64,000 nucleotides of DNA from a virus. Shown in pieces: positions 10,006 through 17,673 of this stretch. Positions within the stretch are counted from its first letter, which is position 1. Every line of letters begins with the position of its first letter. Where the stretch lies: positions 1 to 64,000 of IMG/VR virus record IMGVR_UViG_3300007513_002727, one strand, 5' to 3'. The translations under genes were made by a program, and so were the position numbers. The notes below the pieces were generated by a model. The model saw only the letters and a program-made list of their open reading frames with translations. It was not told the origin of the DNA and ran no database searches.

Positions 10006-10586
10006 ATCATAAACCGATGGTTTCCTATTATTGCCGTTTCAATATAATATCCTGCCCAACTTGGATTGGCAATGTGGGGGTTATAATAAAATGTCGCTCC
10101 ATCTGTTGGGTCCATACTATAATCATCGTTCATTACGAATAAAGCGACATGGATTGAATCTCTCCATGCTGTCATATTTTCTGGAATTATAGTTCCATCT
10201 TTATAAGTCACCCAAAGCATATCTCTATGACCATCACACCACCAACTGAATTGGCATCTGTTTTTAATTGGATAATATTTTCTTTCACTTTTATCTAATG
10301 TTGGGTCTTTTTTTGTTTTCCAACTTTCCCTAACTGGTCCTTCATGTACTACTTCACAAACCGTATTAGGCCATCTTTTATCTTCAATTCTGTTCTGTAC
10401 GACATGAGCAACGGCAATCTTACCTATCATTGATTCGTGCCTTGCTTCAAAATATATATTTTGAGCCATACAATATAATTCATCTATATTCTGTGGAGTT
10501 CCTGTTTCAACTTCATATGACAATGCAAGGGAGGCCATAACCGCCCTTGCCGTCTGCATAACTGTTTCTAAAGAACCAGTGACCAT
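9996..10586 (-). CDS. cell wall hydrolase (SleB/Hydrolase_2 family)
   Basis: CMAQNIYFEAR, VAHVVQNR, CQFSW, DPTDGATFYY, IGNHRF. Confidence 0.9.
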   Translation of the reverse strand: MVTGSLETVMQTARAVMASLALSYEVETGTPQNIDELYCMAQNIYFEARHESMIGKIAVAHVVQNRIEDKRWPNTVCEVVHEGPVRESWKTKKDPTLDKSERKYYPIKNRCQFSWWCDGHRDMLWVTYKDGTIIPENMTAWRDSIHVALFVMNDDYSMDPTDGATFYYNPHIANPSWAGYYIETAIIGNHRFMICD

Positions 10587-10970
10587 TTAGTCTGCTCTAC
10601 TCTGCATATAACAATCAATACCATATTTTTCTAAAGCATCTGCGAAAGCATTACAGCCTTCTTCTTTGATGTCCATTGATTGAGTATGTCCATATCTGTG
10701 ACCTTTAGGCATTAGATCATAATAAGATACTCTCCAACCGCCTCCGTAGCCATTAGAACCAATATCCATTTCTTTTAGAAATTTAACCAATCTGCCTCTT
10801 GCTGGACGAATAACTATATTCGCGAATCCGCAATAAAGTGGTTCTCCGTGTTTCGCCACATATTCATCAACAGCCTTTAAACAAGCCTTTTTGGCATTGG
10901 TCCACATATCATAAGGACTAACACCTTCTGCATTAAATTTAAGTAGGTCTTTTGTTTCTGTTTTTAACAT
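10587..10970 (-). CDS. conserved hypothetical phage protein
   Basis: Start MLKTET after a GGAGTTGAA SD; CGFA...QSMDIKE...SRAD pattern. Confidence 0.75.
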   Translation of the reverse strand: MLKTETKDLLKFNAEGVSPYDMWTNAKKACLKAVDEYVAKHGEPLYCGFANIVIRPARGRLVKFLKEMDIGSNGYGGGWRVSYYDLMPKGHRYGHTQSMDIKEEGCNAFADALEKYGIDCYMQSRAD

Positions 10971-10994
10971 ATATTCAACTCCTTTTATAGTTTT

Positions 10995-11022
10995 AATATA
11001 ACATGGCATTTCATACAGTCAA
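10995..11022 (-). promoter_or_regulatory. sigma70-type early promoter of the hydrolase-ligase block
   Basis: TTGACT-16-TATATT with TGn. Confidence 0.75.
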
Positions 11023-11032
11023 CCGCCTAAAA

Positions 11033-11079
11033 CCACTATATCTTGTGTCGACTCTTTTTCTTGGCACTATATCTAGTGC
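11033..11079. promoter_or_regulatory. tandem NrdR-box-like palindromes
   Basis: CCACTATATCTTGTGT (11033) and GCACTATATCTAGTGC (11064), starts 31 bp apart, directly upstream of the -35 at 11017-11022. Confidence 0.7.
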
Positions 11080-11245
11080 CATTCAATTTTTGGTATATTT
11101 CTACCGCTTTATTTTCAGCAACGAAACCATTGGGTGCCGTCACATAAATCATATCTTTTTCCTTCTGTTTTTGATCACGAAAAACAGGTTGGGCATTTGG
11201 AAATCCATATTCCAAATCAGCGATGTCTATTTTAAATTTAGGCAA
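11036..11245 (-). CDS. hypothetical protein
   Basis: 69-aa ORF with a TTG start. Confidence 0.5.
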   Translation of the reverse strand: MPKFKIDIADLEYGFPNAQPVFRDQKQKEKDMIYVTAPNGFVAENKAVEIYQKLNGTRYSAKKKSRHKI

Positions 11246-11353
11246 TTTGTATGAATCCTATTGCCCATAAAAAAACCATCACAGGTCCTATTGTCCAAGC
11301 ACCAAACCACATAGCATCTAAAAATGATATTCCTATTGATTTTATCTTTGTCA

Positions 11354-11671
11354 TCAATCTAATAACACCATATATTCTTTTGGATAGTATTTTTGAAACC
11401 AAGCAATACCTTTCCTAACGGTTTCCCATTTAGGGTCATCACCATTATTTGGGTCTGCCAAATATTCTGCTCCTTTAATACAATCATAGACAGCAACCGC
11501 ATCTGGTTCCAACATAACCTTCTCACCTGAGAAAGGATTTTGAATTTCTTCTGGTTTGTCTAAGACTTCACATTCAAACGGTAATGGTCTTTTCTTTTCA
11601 TTACCATGTCCAACTTCATCTGAAGATTGTGAACCTCCATACATTAATGTCACTCCTGCATCTTTACTCAC
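11354..11671 (-). CDS. hypothetical phage protein
   Basis: NPFSGE...AVYDCIKG...YMVLLD pattern. Confidence 0.7.
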   Translation of the reverse strand: MSKDAGVTLMYGGSQSSDEVGHGNEKKRPLPFECEVLDKPEEIQNPFSGEKVMLEPDAVAVYDCIKGAEYLADPNNGDDPKWETVRKGIAWFQKYYPKEYMVLLD

Positions 11672-11903
11672 TATATTTCCTCTCTTCCTCTTCTATTCTA
11701 TAATTGGCCTCACCGTCCGGTGTTCTCCAAATGTTCAATATCTTAACACCTTTATCTTTGAAGTCCTTATAGAATTCTTTTAATACTTTATGGAATGGAT
11801 ATTGGAAATTGGCTTCGACAACCGTATATCCTCGAGTCATATCCTCATCTTTTAGATAGTCACCCTTCTCCTTTAAGAATCTATATCTGATATGAACTGA
11901 CAC
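11664..11903 (-). CDS. hypothetical protein
   Basis: Coupled ORF. Confidence 0.6.
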   Translation of the reverse strand: MSVHIRYRFLKEKGDYLKDEDMTRGYTVVEANFQYPFHKVLKEFYKDFKDKGVKILNIWRTPDGEANYRIEEEERKYSE

Positions 11904-12442
11904 TAGGCCGCCTTCCTTTTCTTCATTTGATCTAAAGTTCTTTCTAAGATGTCTATGTGATCTTTAATAGCATCTTCTTCTAATGGCTTGAACTCTGTGT
12001 CAATTACTTCCTTGCCATCTTCTGTGTATCTGCTTTCAACATAGAACCAACTGAACTTTGGTTTGCCCCAATAGTTCTTCTCACCAGCATCTTTCATCAG
12101 ATATACATATTGTTCACCTGAGTGGAAACCGTTTTTGATATAGTCTGCTTCGTCTTTGTAGACTCTGTATCCTGTACCTTTCTCACCTCGGTCTCTGCCA
12201 TAGTAGACATTTTGAACTTCATACATAGGATTTTCTCTATCATCAAAGTCTACCTTGTCTCCTATGATGTAATGCCATTTAGATGAGTCACCTAATTTAA
12301 TCGCTTCAGTGACTTTCTTTTTGTCTTCCCAATGCTCACAAAGGTTATATCCAAGTCCTCCTGGATAACCGTCCCAATGTTGATATGATGCTATGATCCT
12401 ACCACTCTTTTGTTTTATTCCTATTCTTGCTCTAGTCGCCAT
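11903..12442 (-). CDS. conserved phage early protein (MxTRxxIG...YxHWDGYP type)
   Basis: MATRARIG, YQHWDGYP, YYGRDRGE; C-terminal KAA. Confidence 0.8.
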   Translation of the reverse strand: MATRARIGIKQKSGRIIASYQHWDGYPGGLGYNLCEHWEDKKKVTEAIKLGDSSKWHYIIGDKVDFDDRENPMYEVQNVYYGRDRGEKGTGYRVYKDEADYIKNGFHSGEQYVYLMKDAGEKNYWGKPKFSWFYVESRYTEDGKEVIDTEFKPLEEDAIKDHIDILERTLDQMKKRKAA

Positions 12443-12831
12443 TATGCTCCTTCCATAAATTGTGATGTCAATTGTTCTCTTGGGGGTGCCTTGACATCTT
12501 TTAAATAATTTAAAGACGCCCTTGCTTCTTTCAAAGCATCATGAACGATACTTTGATGATCTTCGTCAAATATTTCTTTTTTAATTCCATCATAATCTTT
12601 ATATAAAAGTCCACCCATTGATGCATCGCCTAGTTCAACTCCTTTACAGAATACTCTCGCCGTTGCATATACCCAAACCTTCTTGCCATATGCGATATCT
12701 TGTTTAAGATGAAACATATTAAGTTTCGACGCATCATCATCAAATATTTCTTCTACATCCATTTCTTCTGGAGCGACATAACCAAACACTCTAAAAGGTC
12801 CGTAGTCTTTCTCCCATATTCTTTCTGACAT
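12442..12831 (-). CDS. hypothetical protein
   Basis: Coupled ORF with GGAGG SD. Confidence 0.7.
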   Translation of the reverse strand: MSERIWEKDYGPFRVFGYVAPEEMDVEEIFDDDASKLNMFHLKQDIAYGKKVWVYATARVFCKGVELGDASMGGLLYKDYDGIKKEIFDEDHQSIVHDALKEARASLNYLKDVKAPPREQLTSQFMEGA

Positions 12832-13136
12832 TATTTTCCTCCCGTTGCCTTGTTAAAATTCTTATTAATTAAATGTTGATCCCTAGCATCTGTAACCACG
12901 AAAGGTTTTTTGCCTTCTTCTCTTTCTGATTTACTTGGATACTCCCAAATCTTTGGGTCTTTAATAACTTTCATTCCGTGAATTTCTAAATATTCAATCA
13001 TATTCTCCACAGCCGAAAACCTATCTGTTCTACAAGGTAAACCTGTACCGTTCGCATCACAGCCTAGGTCTTGTTGGATGTCACCACCCAACTTAACCAA
13101 TCTGTCTATATCTTTTTCTGTTAAGGTATCTGACAT
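12831..13136 (-). CDS. hypothetical protein
   Basis: Coupled ORF with GGAGG SD. Confidence 0.7.
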   Translation of the reverse strand: MSDTLTEKDIDRLVKLGGDIQQDLGCDANGTGLPCRTDRFSAVENMIEYLEIHGMKVIKDPKIWEYPSKSEREEGKKPFVVTDARDQHLINKNFNKATGGK

Positions 13137-13513
13137 TAAGCAACCTCCTTAAATTCTTCAACAGCCGGTGTCCAATCAATACCATTGTCTGAATATTGCC
13201 AAGTACCTTTCATGAATAAGAATAAATGACCAACATTTTTTCTCATCTCTTCTTTATTCCAAGACAAATTTGATTCAATAACATCACCAAATCCATCAAC
13301 ATACCAATAATCATCTTTTTTGAAAGTTGGCATTAATGTAGGTGAGTCAACAAGTTTTTGAGCCATTTCCTTATCATTATATTGACTCATTAAAACTCCC
13401 GTCAATGCTTCTGGCGTAGTTTTCCAACCTGTTTCAACGGCAACGACATTTTGACTATTGTCAATATATCCAACCATTATTCCGTGTTTATTTTTATAGT
13501 CTATTTTTTGCAT
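13136..13513 (-). CDS. hypothetical early protein
   Basis: Start MQKIDY after GGAGTTGAA. Confidence 0.7.
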   Translation of the reverse strand: MQKIDYKNKHGIMVGYIDNSQNVVAVETGWKTTPEALTGVLMSQYNDKEMAQKLVDSPTLMPTFKKDDYWYVDGFGDVIESNLSWNKEEMRKNVGHLFLFMKGTWQYSDNGIDWTPAVEEFKEVA

Positions 13514-13547
13514 TTTATTTTCAACTCCTTCTTTCAACATATAATTC

Positions 13548-13575
13548 AGTATAACATGGATGGTAATACCGTCAA
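13548..13575 (-). promoter_or_regulatory. sigma70-type early promoter
   Basis: TTGACG-16-TATACT. Confidence 0.8.
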
Positions 13576-13610
13576 CCACCTATAACCTTCCATTTTATGC
13601 GACTTTTTAA

Positions 13611-13886
13611 TCATCTGTGATATAAGGCAAACCTATCTGCGAACTTTTTATGACAAAAAGCCGACGGTCTTGAATAAATTTGAACTCTTGAATCGTTTGA
13701 ATAAATTGAACCACCCCTATACTTTCTTCGAAGTGGCACTATCTTCGCAAGTCTATTTGTCATTTTATGATTTTCAATTGTATTTGGTATATCCTTTGCA
13801 AAGGCATATTCATATCCGGGTGCCTTATATTGGTTCAACCAATTCTGCATTTCTAAAGGTAAACAGAATTTGACAAGTCTATCCAT
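13611..13886 (-). CDS. hypothetical protein
   Basis: Coupled ORF. Confidence 0.6.
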   Translation of the reverse strand: MDRLVKFCLPLEMQNWLNQYKAPGYEYAFAKDIPNTIENHKMTNRLAKIVPLRRKYRGGSIYSNDSRVQIYSRPSAFCHKKFADRFALYHR

Positions 13887-14131
13887 TACTTTCCAAAATA
13901 AGGTTGATTTAAAAATTTTCCAAAATAGTCATCGTCTCTCTTACCTTTTGCTGGCCTATGACCTAAATAATTGTGACCTTCTCCAACTACTTGAGGACCA
14001 TGATCACAACTTATAACCCAACCTGCAGGTCCGTATAATACAGCCTTACCGGAATGAGTTTGACCTTGTTTATTTTGATAAAAAACTTTATCACCTTTTC
14101 TTATCTCGTCATAACATTCATCAGTCCACAT
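13886..14131 (-). CDS. small SH3-like hypothetical protein
   Basis: IRKGDKVFY...GKAV..GPAGWV. Confidence 0.6.
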   Translation of the reverse strand: MWTDECYDEIRKGDKVFYQNKQGQTHSGKAVLYGPAGWVISCDHGPQVVGEGHNYLGHRPAKGKRDDDYFGKFLNQPYFGK

Positions 14132-14768
14132 TTACTTTTTCTCCCTTTGAGTAATCTATGATTTCTTTGTTATCACCTATTCTTTCTGCTTCTAATTGAG
14201 CTTCATACTCCGCCATTGATTCTGTGATACCATACAAGTCATCTAACTCTTTACCTTCCGAAGTATTCCAAAATTTATCTGTAGACCCTTTAGGTACCGT
14301 ATCAGATATATTCCAACATTGGTCGTCTCCATTATCCCATATTCCCATAAAGTCACAGCCACCTTCATAATAGGTTGTTCTGATACTGACATTAGAATTA
14401 TTGGCTAGGAACTCTTCATAAGCACCAATTGGTGGTGCCCAAGCTGAATCAAATCCAAATGATATTTCTGATTCATCATCATTAATATAGTTTCTATCAA
14501 CGCCATAGAACTCATGAATGTCCCATTTCGTAGACCAGTTTTCTACCGCCCAGTCATACCAATTTGAATATCCATACTTCTTCATCATTGCTTTATTTTT
14601 AGAACCGTCCGCCGTCGTCTCTATTAAGCCTTCTGGCATTGGATGAAAATAATGTAAAAGACCATCTGCTTGTTTTTCGTATTTTTCGTTCTTAACAATC
14701 TTTTCAATCTTATCAATTATCTTATTAGGTCCTGTGATAGTGATATTATTATTGCACCAATTAGGCAT
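14121..14768 (-). CDS. DUF1281/Api92-like ferredoxin-fold protein
   Basis: MPNWCNN start, WYDWAVENWSTKWD, FDSAWAPP, YYEGGCDFMG. Confidence 0.8.
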   Translation of the reverse strand: MPNWCNNNITITGPNKIIDKIEKIVKNEKYEKQADGLLHYFHPMPEGLIETTADGSKNKAMMKKYGYSNWYDWAVENWSTKWDIHEFYGVDRNYINDDESEISFGFDSAWAPPIGAYEEFLANNSNVSIRTTYYEGGCDFMGIWDNGDDQCWNISDTVPKGSTDKFWNTSEGKELDDLYGITESMAEYEAQLEAERIGDNKEIIDYSKGEKVNVD

Positions 14769-15045
14769 TAATAGCCTCCTTGGATAAATGTGATCCTGGA
14801 ACATTCCATCTAGTTCCACCTAATGTTCTAACCAAAACATATTTGATTTTGATCTTCTCAACCTTCGCTTCTAAAAGTGTATTTCTACGACCTCTAAAAA
14901 ATACCGTATCACCCACCTTGAATGAATGAGCATTTATAGTATGAAGTTGGTTTCTTCTCAACTTAATAGCATCTACAACTGAATCCACTTCTGAACTCTT
15001 TAGGCTGTAAATCCCTTTTATTATTGTTTCTAGTTTTTTGTTCAT
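14761..15045 (-). CDS. KOW/SH3-like hypothetical protein
   Basis: FKVGDTVFF...KVEKIKIKYVLV...WNVPGSHL. Confidence 0.7.
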   Translation of the reverse strand: MNKKLETIIKGIYSLKSSEVDSVVDAIKLRRNQLHTINAHSFKVGDTVFFRGRRNTLLEAKVEKIKIKYVLVRTLGGTRWNVPGSHLSKEAINA

Positions 15046-15069
15046 ATATTCAACTCTCCTTTATTATTC

Positions 15070-15097
15070 ATTATAACATGGATGGTAATACCGTCAA
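15070..15097 (-). promoter_or_regulatory. sigma70-type early promoter
   Basis: TTGACG-16-TATAAT. Confidence 0.8.
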
Positions 15098-15102
15098 CCT
15101 CA

Positions 15103-15345
15103 CTATTCTACCCATATTTCTTGACTTTTTAAAGCATCTTCAATCGTTGCTCTATTAGATTTGGTATAAACATAGAAGATTGAAGAATTCATTTCTTCTC
15201 CATCTACTACGGCATCTATACCTGCATATTTTAAAGCATTTTGAATTGACGGTACGATACTTCTATCTTCGTCTAAATCCCAATCGCCTAAATCTTCTAC
15301 GGCGAAAGTATGTTTATGACTTTCAACTTGTCCTTCATAACTCAT
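15103..15345 (-). CDS. hypothetical acidic protein
   Basis: GGAGG SD. Confidence 0.65.
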   Translation of the reverse strand: MSYEGQVESHKHTFAVEDLGDWDLDEDRSIVPSIQNALKYAGIDAVVDGEEMNSSIFYVYTKSNRATIEDALKSQEIWVE

Positions 15346-15551
15346 TATTTTATTCCTCCTATTTCTAAAATTGTATCTTTAATAATTTGATGTCTTTCTT
15401 CATGTACCGATGCTCCCCAAGTACCTTCTTCGGTCTTCTCTATAACTTTCCCTGTCAATACCGCACCTTGATATATTTTTGATGCGGTACTGACCTCTTC
15501 TACTGGTGTAAGGAGCATGACTAATCCTGTTATCAATCCTGTGACATTCAT
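15345..15551 (-). CDS. hypothetical protein
   Basis: Coupled ORF. Confidence 0.55.
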   Translation of the reverse strand: MNVTGLITGLVMLLTPVEEVSTASKIYQGAVLTGKVIEKTEEGTWGASVHEERHQIIKDTILEIGGIK

Positions 15552-15672
15552 ATCAATTTCACCAATATAATAATTTGTAGAACTATAATCACAACTGGAA
15601 GGATTGTTCTAACCAATTCCATAGTGTGGTTATATTCATCTAGTTTTCTTTCTAAATAATTTCTTTTATTTT

Positions 15673-15942
15673 TCATCTAAACTTGCTTTCTAAATTTCCT
15701 AAATGGATATCTACCCAATCTTCTAATTCATCTGCGAACCCTTTATACTCTTCAAAAGTATATCCTAATTCTTCTGCTTTCTTTTTAAATCTATGAGCAA
15801 CTGATTTTGGTCCCATCAAAGCATCGTCACCATTCCATGAACATACACCTTCTGTGAAGTTTCCTAATTCATATTGCTCTATGAAATTATCATAAAGTTC
15901 TTCTAAACTTTGTTTGATTTTTTCTTTAACTATTTCTACCAT
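15673..15942 (-). CDS. hypothetical acidic protein
   Basis: GGGAG SD. Confidence 0.65.
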   Translation of the reverse strand: MVEIVKEKIKQSLEELYDNFIEQYELGNFTEGVCSWNGDDALMGPKSVAHRFKKKAEELGYTFEEYKGFADELEDWVDIHLGNLESKFR

Positions 15943-16250
15943 AATCTCCCTTGGCTAATCGACATTCCATTTTCATCATAATTCATATATTCGTCCCAAA
16001 ATTCTTCTGTCTCTTTTTCTCTTAACAGATTTGAATGTAATTGGTTCTCTTCATTTATTAAATCTAATGTTCTAAAGTCTGCCAACATATCTTCAAAAGG
16101 TATTTGGTCGTTGCTATTCCATCTAACAACTCCTTCTTTATCAATATAGGCACCTGTGTGACCATTAGTACCATTAAAATTATCTCTAATTTGGTCTTCG
16201 TTGTATCCACTACCGTTTCTATTATTGTATCCTATCATTGAATTTGACAT
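15936..16250 (-). CDS. hypothetical protein
   Basis: GVVRWNSNDQIPFEDML motif; coupled ORF. Confidence 0.7.
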   Translation of the reverse strand: MSNSMIGYNNRNGSGYNEDQIRDNFNGTNGHTGAYIDKEGVVRWNSNDQIPFEDMLADFRTLDLINEENQLHSNLLREKETEEFWDEYMNYDENGMSISQGRLW

Positions 16251-16504
16251 TAGTTTTTCTCCTTACCTGAGTACCAAGGTGATTTATAAGTGTGGTCTCC
16301 GCCAACGGCTTCAACTTCTCTCCAAGGACCTTTGATACTGAAACTATATGGATTGACCATTGCTCCAGGATTTTTAAACATTCTTTCTAAAATTCTTCTG
16401 CATTTAGACAAAGTAAACGGTCCACCATAAATTGTATAATCTTCTAAACCGTCTTCGCCCATTTCCATTTCTGTGATATAAAATTGTTTTCTATTTTTTA
16501 GCAT
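16250..16504 (-). CDS. hypothetical protein, first gene of the leftward early arm
   Basis: Start MLKNRK after GGAGTTGAA. Confidence 0.65.
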   Translation of the reverse strand: MLKNRKQFYITEMEMGEDGLEDYTIYGGPFTLSKCRRILERMFKNPGAMVNPYSFSIKGPWREVEAVGGDHTYKSPWYSGKEKN

Positions 16505-16527
16505 TTCAACTCCTTCTTTCATACTTC

Positions 16528-16555
16528 AGTATAACATAGGTCTAGTACCCGTCAA
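16528..16555 (-). promoter_or_regulatory. sigma70-type early promoter
   Basis: TTGACG-16-TATACT. Confidence 0.8.
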
Positions 16556-16645
16556 CCTGGTAAAAGAAAATAGGTGAAAATTTTGGTATATATAAAGCCG
16601 AGCAGAAAAGCCAGTAAAATAGCGACTAATTCATCAGATTGAATG

Positions 16646-16739
16646 GCACTAGATATAGTGTTGGTCTTATTTGAAGACACAAGATGTAGTGCCACACGAT
16701 TTCGTACCGGTTGACAAGATCAACTACAAGATATAGTCT
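16646..16739. promoter_or_regulatory. three NrdR-box-like palindromes
   Basis: GCACTAGATATAGTGT (16646), ACACAAGATGTAGTGC (16677, +31), CTACAAGATATAGTCT (16724); TTGACA at 16711. Confidence 0.7.
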
Positions 16740-16744
16740 TATCA

Positions 16745-16838
16745 AGTGTAATTGATGAGCTGTCATTACACTGAAATGATGATGACATATCAGCAATTCA
16801 TGTTATAATATATTATAACCAAAAAAAAGGAGTTGAAT
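16745..16838 (+). repeat. palindrome-promoter-RBS cassette, copy 1
   Basis: AGTGTAATTGATGAGCTGTCATTACACT, then ATGACA-16-TATAAT, then AAGGAGTTGAAT. Confidence 0.85.
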
Positions 16839-16840
16839 CA

Positions 16841-17035
16841 ATGCCAATCGTGTCTAAGCAATTTGTAGAGTTCTTAAATGCCCAAGTCAAATATAAGTCG
16901 TACTCTGTTCATCACAAGTATCATCGTCCCGCTTATATCAAATTTAAAACTTATGCTCAAGCCAAATCTTATTGCATAAAGCATAATTTAGATCATAGTA
17001 GTAGTTGGGTTCTAACTACTGTCAATCATTGTTAG
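16841..17035 (+). CDS. small basic hypothetical protein
   Basis: Own promoter cassette and AAGGAG SD. Confidence 0.7.
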   Translation: MPIVSKQFVEFLNAQVKYKSYSVHHKYHRPAYIKFKTYAQAKSYCIKHNLDHSSSWVLTTVNHC

Positions 17036-17061
17036 TAATCTAAACTATCAAATCTAATTTT

Positions 17062-17152
17062 CAGTGTAATTGATGAGCTATCATTACACTGGAATCATAA
17101 ATGACATATCAGCAATTCATGTTATAATATATTATACAGAAAGGAGTTGAAT
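17062..17152 (+). repeat. palindrome-promoter-RBS cassette, copy 2
   Basis: CAGTGTAATTGATGAGCTATCATTACACTG, then ATGACA-16-TATAAT, then AAGGAGTTGAAT. Confidence 0.85.
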
Positions 17153-17420
17153 GAATAAAAATGATAAAATGCTTTATCAAAAAGCATATAAGCAATTAGA
17201 AGCAAGAATCGTATCACATCTGCCATTGACTGACATGAGTCAAGCTCATATTAATACAAATTTGAATTTAAAACACTATCTTCAAACTTGTCAAAGTCAT
17301 ATTAAATATTTTATTAATGATTTGACGAAAGAGCTTAAAAGAGATACTGATCTTTCTAAAGATGATCTTAAAAAAATCGTTAAGCAATTGACGATAGATT
17401 ACATCAATACGATTACATAG
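17151..17420 (+). CDS. hypothetical helical protein
   Basis: Own promoter cassette and SD. Confidence 0.75.
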   Translation: MNKNDKMLYQKAYKQLEARIVSHLPLTDMSQAHINTNLNLKHYLQTCQSHIKYFINDLTKELKRDTDLSKDDLKKIVKQLTIDYINTIT

Positions 17421-17430
17421 AAGCGATATG

Positions 17431-17456
17431 ATAATGGGTCAGCGATGGCCCATTAT
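17431..17456. terminator. hairpin between convergent genes
   Basis: ATAATGGGTCA-GCGA-TGGCCCATTAT. Confidence 0.65.
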
Positions 17457-17479
17457 CTAAATTACCAAATATACCTAAA

Positions 17480-17668
17480 TTACCAAATTGAATCTTCTTT
17501 TGGTTTCTTATCTTTGTCAAATTGTTTTGAGTTTGGTGTGTTGTTGGCCAAGTCGTCTAAAAATTTTTCTTCTTCGATTTGATTTAATCTTCTCTCAACC
17601 GGAAACCTAATCACATTTTTAAATTGAGTAAATTTGATTTGTCTCTTCAACCAATCAATATATTTCAT
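17480..17668 (-). CDS. hypothetical protein
   Basis: 62 aa, contains NVIRFP. Confidence 0.6.
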   Translation of the reverse strand: MKYIDWLKRQIKFTQFKNVIRFPVERRLNQIEEEKFLDDLANNTPNSKQFDKDKKPKEDSIW

Positions 17669-17673
17669 ATTGA

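Noticed and set aside
1354-15368. Plus-strand ORFs in the early arm (for example 1354, 1832, 1960, 4988, 5385, 5713, 9378, 9770, 11003, 11556, 13670, 15180)
   Set aside because: Antisense shadows of well-supported minus-strand genes; S/F/L-rich and without SD or motifs.
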